From an uncultured virus (IMG/VR IMGVR_UViG_3300005526_000009) (taxonomy: Duplodnaviria > Heunggongvirae > Uroviricota > Caudoviricetes): 20,000 bases of DNA. This document shows, piece after piece, positions 1-7,925 of the stretch; the stretch's first letter is position 1, and every line of letters starts with the position of its first letter. The stretch is taken from the IMG/VR virus record IMGVR_UViG_3300005526_000009. The stretch is one strand, 5' to 3'. Both the position numbers and the translations under genes were made by a program. The notes below the pieces were generated by a model. It saw only the letters and a program-made list of their open reading frames with translations, ran no database searches and was not told the DNA's origin.

Positions 1-330
1 TATGAGTGCAAGAATGCTGACTATTTCAAGAACGCATCCTTTGAGGAATTGCAGTTGGGGCGTGAAAAGAGATACACATCAAGCAGGATAAACAACCTGA
101 ACAAGTTGCGCAGGGAGATAAACAGTGATGATGTTGTTGCGGAAACTCCCGTTACCAAACAGACACCTGTTCCCACAACACAGTTCGCAACAATCCCTAA
201 AAGACCCCAAACAGATAATACGGCCAATGCCGCAACAGTATCTAACAATGACAAATCCGAAAAGGAAAACGAAGATGTCACAATTCCAGCACATGTTAAA
301 GACCTCCCTGTGTCGAAGAAATCTAAGTAA
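1..330 (+). CDS. Hypothetical protein, 5'-truncated by the window edge, with low-complexity T/P/K/N-rich C-terminal tail
   Basis: Frame of ORF 49..330 is open from base 1 (YECKNADYFKNASFEELQLG...). TAA at 328-330 is followed by T-runs. Confidence 0.7.
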   Translation, partial: YECKNADYFKNASFEELQLGREKRYTSSRINNLNKLRREINSDDVVAETPVTKQTPVPTTQFATIPKRPQTDNTANAATVSNNDKSEKENEDVTIPAHVKDLPVSKKSK

Positions 331-808
331 CATCATCTTTTTTTCCGTTGTCTTTTTTTGCTGTGTGGCATTGATGTCCCATTTGGTCTATGCGATAGTG
401 GATTCTGAATCAAGTATAGAGAAGACATCATCCCCCTACAAGCCAGACACCATTATCACATACCTTTTGGAAAACCCAATTTCCTCAACCATTATCACAA
501 CATTAATTATCACAGTGTCAGCATACACCCTAAACAAAGGTAAGCAGATGAACCAGACATTGCGGGACATACCAATGCTCAAGCAGAATCAGGAAGAGAT
601 GAAGGTGGACCTGAAGGACAATGCTGACCAGATTAAGAAGCAGGTTGGCAATCTGGACAACAAAATGGACAAGCAGTTTGGTGAAATCATAAAGGAGCAG
701 CGCAGGATGGAGAATGACATATATAAGAGAATATATGACATATTGTTGTCCATGAAGGAGACACCTGAGACAACAGCTACCGGTAAGCGTAGGTATAAGG
801 GAGACTAA
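293..808 (+). CDS. Membrane-anchored coiled-coil protein, start uncertain (ATG 293 or ATG 374)
   Basis: From 293 there is a signal-peptide-like segment (RRNLSNIIFFSVVFFCCVALMSHLVYA), a hydrophobic helix (ISSTIITTLIITVSAYTL), then heptad-rich LKQNQEEMKVDLKDNADQIKKQVGNLDNKMDKQF. Confidence 0.65.
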   Translation: MLKTSLCRRNLSNIIFFSVVFFCCVALMSHLVYAIVDSESSIEKTSSPYKPDTIITYLLENPISSTIITTLIITVSAYTLNKGKQMNQTLRDIPMLKQNQEEMKVDLKDNADQIKKQVGNLDNKMDKQFGEIIKEQRRMENDIYKRIYDILLSMKETPETTATGKRRYKGD

Positions 809-852
809 GTTCTCTTCTTTTCCATATATTTTATAAATTCACAATCTTAATA

Positions 853-863
853 TTTGGTGCGGG
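853..863 (+). repeat. Dispersed 11-mer TTTGGTGCGGG (other copies at 7997, 9806, 10093)
   Basis: Four exact copies, all on the + strand; the 7997 and 9806 copies extend to 16 nt (TTTGGTGCGGGGTGTT). Confidence 0.7.
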
Positions 864-878
864 ATTACGCATCAATAT

Positions 879-1181
879 ATGGTATTTCTAATAACAACAG
901 ACACTCGCAGGCTGAAGAGTGACCTGGTGCAGATAACATTTGTGCTGTCATATAAGGATGCTGAGGTGTTTAAGAGACCTGTTAATGGCATAGGTGGTAT
1001 GCAGTCATTGTTGCGGGAACTACAGAAGCAGATGGAACAAAGAGATAATGACACGATGCTGATGTTGTCCAAAGACCAAATAAAAAGAATCAAACAATAC
1101 GCAACAAAATACGGTGAGTCAGGCGGGTTCCAGCAAAGGTTCCAGGGTATACTGAATTCATTAGAGGAACTGAGGATATGA
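879..1181 (+). CDS. Small hypothetical protein with internal GGxQ repeat
   Basis: 100 aa; GIGGMQSLL and ESGGFQQRF. AT-rich CTTAATAT about 26-33 nt upstream. ATGA overlap with next gene. Confidence 0.8.
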   Translation: MVFLITTDTRRLKSDLVQITFVLSYKDAEVFKRPVNGIGGMQSLLRELQKQMEQRDNDTMLMLSKDQIKRIKQYATKYGESGGFQQRFQGILNSLEELRI

Positions 1182-1345
1182 TGTTAAAGTTCTGTTGTGC
1201 AAGGTTTCAGGTGTTGTATAATAACGCATATTCCAATCTAGCTTTTGATTCCGTAGAACACAAGTTCTATTTCTTTAGGAAATATAACTATAATGAGGTG
1301 ATTTATCATTTGGATTATTGCATGTTTTGTGGTGCGAAGTTATAA
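1178..1345 (+). CDS. Small Zn-ribbon protein (CC...CxxCG), 55 aa, not in the ORF track
   Basis: Hand translation: MMLKFCCARFQVLYNNAYSNLAFDSVEHKFYFFRKYNYNEVIYHLDYCMFCGAKL*. ATGA overlap upstream, TAATG overlap downstream. Confidence 0.85.
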   Translation: MMLKFCCARFQVLYNNAYSNLAFDSVEHKFYFFRKYNYNEVIYHLDYCMFCGAKL

Positions 1346-1518
1346 TGAATAGGTATTGTTGTTCTAAATTAAAGGAAGTTGTTGAAGTGGATGAAAACCT
1401 AAAATTCAATAAAAATGGAAAGTTATCTATGTTCTGGAAACTATATGAACATGAGTTTAACAATGGCATATATGGTGAACCATTCAACTTTTGTCCTTTC
1501 TGCGGTGTAAAATTATGA
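1345..1518 (+). CDS. Small Zn-ribbon protein (CC...CPFCG), paralogue of 1178..1345
   Basis: MNRYCCSKL...FNFCPFCGVKL*. Start reassigned to ATG 1345 by TAATG coupling. Confidence 0.85.
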   Translation: MNRYCCSKLKEVVEVDENLKFNKNGKLSMFWKLYEHEFNNGIYGEPFNFCPFCGVKL

Positions 1519-1868
1519 TGGTAACACCAGTAGATGGTAATAAGAAACGAAGAAGGGTGTCACGTGTCTGCAAGCACAAGTTTGTGAATCCAATATATAA
1601 TAATAGTGATAACGGTTTTGTGATAAAGTGTGGATGGTGCAAGCAGGTGTTCCAGACTGTTGAGGAACTTGAAGCCGAATATCAAAGACTGCACATCCCC
1701 TACAAGAACGTGCCAATTGATGTATACAAAAAGGATGATGTCAACCAGTCGGAGTGGGATCCTACCAAAGAGAAGGAGCATTACAGGCAGTCTGACCACT
1801 ATGTTGGCAAGAGTGTTGGTGCGCATAGAAGTAACAAAAACCACTATAGTGGTTTCAGGTGGTGGTAA
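1515..1868 (+). CDS. Hypothetical protein with CxH...CxxC Zn finger and basic N-terminus
   Basis: KKRRRVSRVCKHKF...IKCGWCKQ. ATGA coupling at 1515-1518. Confidence 0.75.
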   Translation: MMVTPVDGNKKRRRVSRVCKHKFVNPIYNNSDNGFVIKCGWCKQVFQTVEELEAEYQRLHIPYKNVPIDVYKKDDVNQSEWDPTKEKEHYRQSDHYVGKSVGAHRSNKNHYSGFRWW

Positions 1869-1876
1869 TAATACCA

Positions 1877-2080
1877 ATGACCGTTAGAAAATACTACCAC
1901 TATGAGATTACGCAATTGAATGCGGATGAGTATGAGATAAGGAACAAAAAGAAGAATGTGACATATTCGGTTGTGAATACGGTGCGGGATGGTTTGAAAT
2001 GTAACTGTGACGCTACTAATTTTGGGACTGTAATATGCAAGCACAAAAAAATGATAATAAAATTATACTATAATCAATAA
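1877..2080 (+). CDS. SWIM zinc-finger protein
   Basis: YSVV...LKCNCDATNFGTVICKH matches SWIM CxCxnCxH preceded by Y-x-V strands. Confidence 0.8.
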   Translation: MTVRKYYHYEITQLNADEYEIRNKKKNVTYSVVNTVRDGLKCNCDATNFGTVICKHKKMIIKLYYNQ

Positions 2081-2084
2081 GCTA

Positions 2085-2264
2085 TTATTTTTTCTTTCCT
2101 TTTGGTTTTTTGTTTGCTGCTTCCTTTTTTGATGCTGCGGCTTTTTTCCCCTTAACGTTACCAGGTGGTGCTGATTTGTTTGAGCCTTTGGATGCTGATT
2201 CTGCTGCTGGCATGAATGGTGTTGCCTTTTTGTTTTTTAGTTCCTTTGGTGATTTCTTAACCAT
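2085..2264 (-). CDS. Small Lys/Ala-rich basic protein (candidate DNA-condensing/core protein)
   Basis: MVKKSPKELKNKK...KGKKAAASKKEAANKKPKGKKK. ATG 2264 with TTATATAA upstream; lies downstream of the capsid gene. Confidence 0.7.
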   Translation of the reverse strand: MVKKSPKELKNKKATPFMPAAESASKGSNKSAPPGNVKGKKAAASKKEAANKKPKGKKK

Positions 2265-2295
2265 ATCTGTGTCTAACAAAAAATATAATAGTATG

Positions 2296-2303
2296 TTATA
2301 TAA
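2296..2303 (-). promoter_or_regulatory. Archaeal-type TATA box for the Lys-rich gene
   Basis: TTATATAA 32-39 nt upstream of ATG 2264 in an AT-rich intergenic region. Confidence 0.5.
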
Positions 2304-2387
2304 GTGTTAAGCATAAAATGAAAAATAAATAGGTTTAATATTGGTCTGGAAATTATATGCCAAAAATGTTATCAGAATAAAAATTAT

Positions 2388-2399
2388 AAAAAAAAGAAA
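2388..2399 (-). terminator. Oligo-T (archaeal-type) terminator after the major capsid gene
   Basis: Minus strand reads TTTCTTTTTTTT about 25-36 nt after the stop; no GC hairpin. Confidence 0.45.
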
Positions 2400-2423
2400 T
2401 AGATAATTTGTTATCTTACTAGG

Positions 2424-3629
2424 TCATGCTATAACGCCTGTGGCTCCATATATAAGATTCGATTTTATTAGTGCCGTGTTAAAATATGTGCGAGTATTAG
2501 TGCCATAGTAACCTACCTCTCTGTTTTCGAATGGAACTGTTCTGATTCCACCATATAATTGCCAGATGGCGTTCTGGTTCCATGTGAAGAACCTGTTTGT
2601 GGTAAAGAGTGAATCTTCCACGAAGGTTAATCCTGGGAATGCTGGATATGATGTTTTGGTGCTGAGGATTGTGTTGGTGAAGGGTATCTCCAAGTTGTTC
2701 TGCTGTCCCATGAGTTGGGTTGTTGCCATGTTTCTGTAGAATGCTTCGAAAACGTCGGGATGCATACCAGCAAACTGTGTCTTGAAGTTTATGTATTGGT
2801 CATTGATTAATCTTACTGCTTCCCTTATGTCATCATATGCATAGTTGGTAAAGTGGTCTGTTGCGGTAAGTGTCTTCCAGTTTGCCTGTGAACCGGTGTT
2901 GCCGACTGCATTGATGATTGCTGCGACATCTTTTGTTCTGCGTAATTCGATTTTGCCTGCGAGTGCATTGAGTAAGAGATTATCCAGGTTCTGGATATCA
3001 AGGTTGACCAACCCAAGTTCATAGGAGAATGCAGTCCTGAAACCCCATCTCTTTGTATTGAGTGTGTAACTCAGTATATCGAGTGATGGAATGTCCTTTG
3101 GAATGGTGAACTCACCCTGCAACTGCAAGAGGTCTTCCCCAACGTTCTGGACATCAAGTATCTTAATGCCGTTAAAGTCGTTGGTGTTCTCTACCCTAAT
3201 GGTTGAAAGCAAGTCATGATCCTGCTGTTCCATGGAAACTATGGTTATTAGTCTTGGGATTGATTTGACTGAGGAGAATGTCTCTGCTGTTATAATCTCG
3301 TTATATCGTGGTGAACGGTCTTCTTTTGCGGCTCTTGCGGTTTCCTCAACATATTTCTGGCGTTCATTAAGGTGTTCCCCTTTCCATCCAAGAACTGCCT
3401 TTTCAAGTGGGTTGGTTATTTTTTCCTTTTTCTCGTTGAATTCCTTAAGGTCAAATGCCCGTTTCCCTGTGGGGTCTGGATATTTGACATAACCTAGGTT
3501 GATGTCACCCTCAATAAAGTCCTGAGTTCCGGCTCTATACCATGTGGAGATATCAGTTTCATGATATGCCCTATGTTTAGAAGCGTTCTCTAATAGTGTT
3601 GGTTGCTGTAATATTGTTTGTGAACTCAT
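2424..3629 (-). CDS. Major capsid protein, HK97-like fold, with ~110-aa N-terminal extension
   Basis: 401 aa. E-loop-like QGEFTIP...YTLNTKRWGFRTAFSYEL, spine helix LLLNALAGKIELRRTKDVAAII, A-domain YDDIREAVRLI...AGMHPDVF, PGLTFVED. Gene order protease-decoration-MCP. Confidence 0.85.
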   Translation of the reverse strand: MSSQTILQQPTLLENASKHRAYHETDISTWYRAGTQDFIEGDINLGYVKYPDPTGKRAFDLKEFNEKKEKITNPLEKAVLGWKGEHLNERQKYVEETARAAKEDRSPRYNEIITAETFSSVKSIPRLITIVSMEQQDHDLLSTIRVENTNDFNGIKILDVQNVGEDLLQLQGEFTIPKDIPSLDILSYTLNTKRWGFRTAFSYELGLVNLDIQNLDNLLLNALAGKIELRRTKDVAAIINAVGNTGSQANWKTLTATDHFTNYAYDDIREAVRLINDQYINFKTQFAGMHPDVFEAFYRNMATTQLMGQQNNLEIPFTNTILSTKTSYPAFPGLTFVEDSLFTTNRFFTWNQNAIWQLYGGIRTVPFENREVGYYGTNTRTYFNTALIKSNLIYGATGVIA

Positions 3630-3665
3630 GTCTATATCACTTTATACCTAATTATAGTATATTAA

Positions 3666-4157
3666 CTAAGCTCTCGGCTGTAGTAACTGAACGATAACAT
3701 TATCGTTTAATGCGGCGTTAGTGTATGCGTTTGCGATGTTGTCCTTCCAGAACTCAGATGCCTTGCAGATGAATTTACCAACTAGCTTATCGGTTCCTGC
3801 ATCGGTTCCGGCTGTGGCTGCGGTTTCAACAGAGCCTGCTACTGTAGTTGAGAATATCACATCATCACCTGGTATGATTGCACCTGAGCTTTTTAGTGTT
3901 ACCCAAACTTCAGTTCCATGGCCAAAGATTACCTCTCGTTGGCCATCATATGTTCCGTTTAGGTTAGAGAGAACTACCATGCCAAAGTATTTGCTTGTTG
4001 CTGATGTTGCGGGAAGTTTGAAGTATCCATTGGTTCTGTCCCAAACCACTAAGTTACCTGCTATCTGATTTTCCCCTGATTTGGTTTTTACCATCTCAGT
4101 AGGATGGCCTAAAGGCTTAACAATTGTCCCTAGGCTTGTTTTAAATGTTCCAACCAT
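3666..4157 (-). CDS. Capsid decoration/cement (beta-tulip-like) protein
   Basis: 163 aa, G/A/T-rich; IAGNLVVWD, YFGMVV, VWVTL...IIPGDDVIFS, LVGKF. Sits between scaffold and MCP. Confidence 0.7.
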   Translation of the reverse strand: MVGTFKTSLGTIVKPLGHPTEMVKTKSGENQIAGNLVVWDRTNGYFKLPATSATSKYFGMVVLSNLNGTYDGQREVIFGHGTEVWVTLKSSGAIIPGDDVIFSTTVAGSVETAATAGTDAGTDKLVGKFICKASEFWKDNIANAYTNAALNDNVIVQLLQPRA

Positions 4158-4179
4158 AAGGTATAATGTATGAAAAAGC

Positions 4180-4187
4180 TATTTAAG
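4180..4187 (-). promoter_or_regulatory. TATA box, probably a leaderless transcript of decoration + capsid genes
   Basis: CTTAAATA 23-30 nt upstream of ATG 4157. Confidence 0.55.
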
Positions 4188-4242
4188 GATTGTTAATGAT
4201 TGAGGAACTAAATGTTAAAAAAAGAGGATTGTTTTTAAAAAA

Positions 4243-5580
4243 TTAGGCATATTCCAATTGGAAGTAACCACTTAGGTCATCTTCTGCTTTCTTGGAACTG
4301 TCTACCGTCTCATTGTATTGAGTGGATTTGGTGACATCTTCAGGGTTGTATACTCTGGAGTTATACATTGTCTTTTTGCCGGATGTCTCTGCCGCAAGTT
4401 TTGGGTATGCCTTTGCGACAAACCATTTGACATCTGCTCGGTCAATGTCATATTTCTCTATAACGGATAGGAGATGTTCCCTTTCTTTTGTAAAGTCTTC
4501 CTCATTTTTGAATAAGCGTTGATCAATTGTTGACTCTAGAAAGTCCTCACGCCACACACGTTTGCCTTCGTTGACTGATTTTTCGAGTTGTGCAATGCGT
4601 TTCTGTGCTTCGGTTTCCTGTTCCTTGTTTTCCTCTTTAACAGGTTCCTGTTCTTTATTTTCTTTTGGTTGATTCTTTGATTCCTTTGCGGCCTTGTTTT
4701 CCTGCTCGGTCATCAAGGGGTTTTCAAATTTGTTTAAAACATCTAATGGTAACACTTCTGCTGGTGCTGTTACTTCCTTGATGTTGGATTGAGGAACTTT
4801 ATCGGAAATGGTTTCTTTTGCAACTGTAGGCTCTTTGGCCACTTCCTGCTGTTGCTGGACTGTTGATGCTGTTGATTGCTGACTCATATTATTATTAACG
4901 TTACTGTTGGTATTTATGCTTTCGTTGTTTAGTATCGATGAGAAGGTGAGTTCCTTTCTGCATGCGTCTCTTGTTCCCTTGCAGACACCCCTAATCAATG
5001 CCTTTACCTTACCAAATGCGGGATTGTTGGCGAATGATATGTGGAATGGCCTTATTTCGTTGAGGGATTTATACACCTTCTTTCCGTTTTCCTTTGTGAT
5101 TACAGGACCAAACAATGCTATCGATGTAAACAGTTTGGATGGTTTCTTATGGACGGAAATATAGTCATTCTCTTCCTTGTTCGTGATCTCAACATAGCCG
5201 TGCAGGTCAGGCATCACAGAGTTGTATGATATCTCAGATGGTTTCTGTATGTCAAACAATGTGCCTATGGCCCCATCCCTTGACTTTTCAATCAATGCCT
5301 GCCTTATCTCACAGTCTGTTTTTCCCTGTGATTCAAGTTCCCTGAACAACTCATCAAGTTCCAGGTTGTTGTGTTCCGGTGTCACTGGCAACCCAACCAT
5401 CTCGTTTAGTAGTGGCTCAGGCAGTTCCTTAATGTCATTGTAGGGAACGGTGCAGCCGTTACCGTTCTCTATGTTGGACAGCACATGAACCTTGATTATG
5501 TGGTTGCCTGTCTCTGAGTTCTTTCCTATTAGTTGGTTTTCTTCCTGTTGGTGCGGAAGTATCTGCATTGTGTTACTCAT
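4243..5580 (-). CDS. Prohead maturation protease fused to scaffolding domain
   Basis: N-terminal NGNG, GLPVTPEH (candidate His), FTSIAL (candidate Ser), HISFANNPAFG, resembling HK97/Mu-gpI/DUF2213-type head proteases. Q/E/K-rich linker and coiled coil EAQKRIAQLEKSV in the C-terminal half. Confidence 0.8.
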   Translation of the reverse strand: MSNTMQILPHQQEENQLIGKNSETGNHIIKVHVLSNIENGNGCTVPYNDIKELPEPLLNEMVGLPVTPEHNNLELDELFRELESQGKTDCEIRQALIEKSRDGAIGTLFDIQKPSEISYNSVMPDLHGYVEITNKEENDYISVHKKPSKLFTSIALFGPVITKENGKKVYKSLNEIRPFHISFANNPAFGKVKALIRGVCKGTRDACRKELTFSSILNNESINTNSNVNNNMSQQSTASTVQQQQEVAKEPTVAKETISDKVPQSNIKEVTAPAEVLPLDVLNKFENPLMTEQENKAAKESKNQPKENKEQEPVKEENKEQETEAQKRIAQLEKSVNEGKRVWREDFLESTIDQRLFKNEEDFTKEREHLLSVIEKYDIDRADVKWFVAKAYPKLAAETSGKKTMYNSRVYNPEDVTKSTQYNETVDSSKKAEDDLSGYFQLEYA

Positions 5581-5588
5581 ATATACTA

Positions 5589-6395
5589 TTATAGATTAGA
5601 ACCTGCTTGAAGTAAAATGTTTTCCTGCTTGTATTTTGGGCTTTTCACCAGACGTGTGTGAATGTTGTTCTCATGTGATATTGTTATCCATGGAGTCATG
5701 TCATCATTCAGGTGGATATCCTTTATGTGCAGCATGTCAACATCAAGGTCTGCCCAGCAGGTTACACCATCCCTCAAACAGTTGTTGTAGAAAAGGGTAT
5801 CAAGACCCATGCCATCACGGATAAGTCCAACTGGCTCAAACGGCCTGAAACCAAACTTTTGCAACACGTTTCTTGATATGATAGTGAATGGGAATGACGC
5901 AAACAGAACCTTCTTCAATCCCTTCTTTGGCATTTCACGATACTCTGATCTTTGCAGTAGGGATGTGTATTCATACTTTGCTATGGAACGGAACATTGGA
6001 TAGGCGTAGTAGCGTTCCGCTGGTATGATGGCAACGGTGTTGAAGAACTTTAAGTTTACCAATGAGAAGTTGCATATGCCTGACAGCACTTGAATGTCTG
6101 GGTGCGCAATCAGGTCATCAACAAGCTTGTCAACCTGGTATGTCTCAACCAAAAGGTCATCGGGTAAAATGGCAAAATGGGTATACTCTTTGTTGTCTAA
6201 AAAAAACTGCCTACCGGTTTCGTAGGCATCCTGTTCATCATAGTTAAACTTGACACGAAAGATATCGTATTTCTGGTTTAACAGTTTGATTTTTGTCTCG
6301 AATACAGGTATCAGTCTGGGTGATGGGTTATGGATAAGCAGCTTAAATGGCTGCTGGTTCTGGAGGGGGGCCGTCTGGATTTGTATTGTTACCAT
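5589..6395 (-). CDS. Glycosyltransferase, GT-A fold (GT2-like)
   Basis: YTHFAILPDDLLV (DxD-like), VLSGICN, FPFTIISRNVL, GLDTLFY, WADLDVDMLH. Confidence 0.8.
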   Translation of the reverse strand: MVTIQIQTAPLQNQQPFKLLIHNPSPRLIPVFETKIKLLNQKYDIFRVKFNYDEQDAYETGRQFFLDNKEYTHFAILPDDLLVETYQVDKLVDDLIAHPDIQVLSGICNFSLVNLKFFNTVAIIPAERYYAYPMFRSIAKYEYTSLLQRSEYREMPKKGLKKVLFASFPFTIISRNVLQKFGFRPFEPVGLIRDGMGLDTLFYNNCLRDGVTCWADLDVDMLHIKDIHLNDDMTPWITISHENNIHTRLVKSPKYKQENILLQAGSNL

Positions 6396-6552
6396 TGACT
6401 AGTCTGATACCGTATTGGGTTATTATGTTTAACTGAGCGGCTAGTTGTGTGAGGTTCTCCAGTGTTTTCTGGGTGCTGATGATATAATCCCAAACAAGGG
6501 ATGAAAGTTCTACTGTTTTGGTTGGTTCTTCAGTTGGTGGTTGTTGCGCCAT
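6343..6552 (-). CDS. Small hypothetical protein
   Basis: 69 aa; start 2 nt from upstream stop; amphipathic helix; 3' end overlaps GT start. Confidence 0.55.
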   Translation of the reverse strand: MAQQPPTEEPTKTVELSSLVWDYIISTQKTLENLTQLAAQLNIITQYGIRLVNGNNTNPDGPPPEPAAI

Positions 6553-6553
6553 G

Positions 6554-6841
6554 TTAGGTATTTGTAATTCCCTTTATTATATATTCCTTGTGCTTTTCAG
6601 ACTCAAAGAAAAGCATGTGATGGACTATGGTGTCAAAGTGTTTGTTCTGGACCATGGGATGCAGTTCACATCCCCACCTGATTATCTCTTCAATTCCCCT
6701 GTCCCTAATGCATGGAAAGAATGGATGTTTGTAGTAGTTCCTGACATATTCATCCATCAACCGCCTGCTCTTGTGTATGCGGTCAACATGGACTTCGGCT
6801 TCCCTGAAAACGTTCTCCACATCCTTAACTGTTATTGTCAT
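6554..6841 (-). CDS. Hypothetical protein, Cys/His-rich
   Basis: 95 aa; CELHP...IVHHML...EKHK; packed against neighbours. Confidence 0.65.
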   Translation of the reverse strand: MTITVKDVENVFREAEVHVDRIHKSRRLMDEYVRNYYKHPFFPCIRDRGIEEIIRWGCELHPMVQNKHFDTIVHHMLFFESEKHKEYIIKGITNT

Positions 6842-7064
6842 TCTTCTTCTCCATTTTCAGGTTCTGCATGAGATAGTCAATGGCGGCACAAATTTTTGTT
6901 TGGTTTCTATTGCGCTCATATTTGTCATTACCCTGTATGGATATGGTAATACCATCAGGTGTGATGAACTTCATGACATCGGCCACCAATTCTATATTAA
7001 TCCTGATCTGGTTAGGTGGTAATGGAAAGTTGCCACATTCCCTTTTGATTTTCAGTTTTCCCAT
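6825..7064 (-). CDS. Hypothetical protein
   Basis: Start reassigned to ATG 7064 (MGKLKIKREC...); short overlaps with both neighbours. Confidence 0.6.
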   Translation of the reverse strand: MGKLKIKRECGNFPLPPNQIRINIELVADVMKFITPDGITISIQGNDKYERNRNQTKICAAIDYLMQNLKMEKKNDNNS

Positions 7065-7213
7065 ATCTTCATTACCTGCCTGTATTGCATGCAGTGTTTG
7101 CACCAATACCATGTTCCTATTATTACGCTGTTATATGTCTTATGAACATGCAGGCAACCATGATACCAGACTGTTTTTATCTTGCTTCTGGGATCATAAG
7201 ATATCTCACTCAT
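7052..7213 (-). CDS. Small Zn-ribbon protein (CxH...CxxC)
   Basis: MSEISYDP...HGCLHVH...WYWCKHCMQY. TAATG coupling at 7211-7215. Confidence 0.7.
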   Translation of the reverse strand: MSEISYDPRSKIKTVWYHGCLHVHKTYNSVIIGTWYWCKHCMQYRQVMKIWEN

Positions 7214-7437
7214 TATGACTCGAATTGTTTGCAGCAAATGGCTGGTGCGAGATTTGTGGTGTCCACATGGTTATCATGTTTTGGAATTGGCAATATCACA
7301 TCATTTCCAATGTCAGTGAGGTTTGTCCCGATAAAGTCATCCATAGTCTGGCCATAGATTGTTGCGAGAAGTGAGCCACAACACAATATAAAAAGTGCCG
7401 TATAGACCAAGATTTGGCATATATCGAACCTATTCAT
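7213..7437 (-). CDS. Small secreted/membrane protein
   Basis: N-terminal hydrophobic helix ICQILVYTALFILCCGSLLATIYG; coupled to neighbours. Confidence 0.65.
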   Translation of the reverse strand: MNRFDICQILVYTALFILCCGSLLATIYGQTMDDFIGTNLTDIGNDVILPIPKHDNHVDTTNLAPAICCKQFES

Positions 7438-7732
7438 TATCCTTTACCTTATATGTATACTCTTTAAAGTCTATCGGGTTTTCCTTCTTGTCAAGTGGTG
7501 GCAGATATCCATCCCATAGCACTATGTGGTTTTGGGTGATATTGTATGCTGACCTGTTCTTGAACTTTCGTTGGTCAATGTCATATACCAGAAAATACTT
7601 TAACCAGTCACGGGTCTTGTCCTTTGTTGTTACCCATTCTTTAAAGTCCTTGACCTGTGTTTTGTATTCCCTGTCAGTCTTTATCGCATCAACCAATGCG
7701 GCCAATGCCTTGGATATCTTGGCTTCACTCAT
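7430..7732 (-). CDS. Hypothetical protein
   Basis: MSEAKISKALAALVDAIK...; 8-nt overlaps with neighbours on both sides. Confidence 0.7.
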   Translation of the reverse strand: MSEAKISKALAALVDAIKTDREYKTQVKDFKEWVTTKDKTRDWLKYFLVYDIDQRKFKNRSAYNITQNHIVLWDGYLPPLDKKENPIDFKEYTYKVKDNE

Positions 7733-7925
7733 TGTTATCATCAAACAACCTATAGAATATTAATGCCGTATAAACAACTCTTACCTGGTTTACATATTCC
7801 TGTTCCATATGTGAACTGTAGGCCACAGATATTATTTCAAGTGGTTGTTCAAGGAAGGAATTGATGCGGCTTGTTAGTATATTGGGGTCAGTGGCTGCTA
7901 CGTGAACGCACCTTATGTTACTCAT
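7725..7925 (-). CDS. Small protein resembling Cse60/DUF2758 family
   Basis: Pattern L...INSFLE...IISVAYS...YTALIFY matches my recollection of that family; not verified. Confidence 0.55.
   Translation of the reverse strand: MSNIRCVHVAATDPNILTSRINSFLEQPLEIISVAYSSHMEQEYVNQVRVVYTALIFYRLFDDNNE

Noticed and set aside
125..292. Long N-terminal extension of ORF 125..808
   Set aside because: Overlaps the more plausible frame-1 gene for its whole length.
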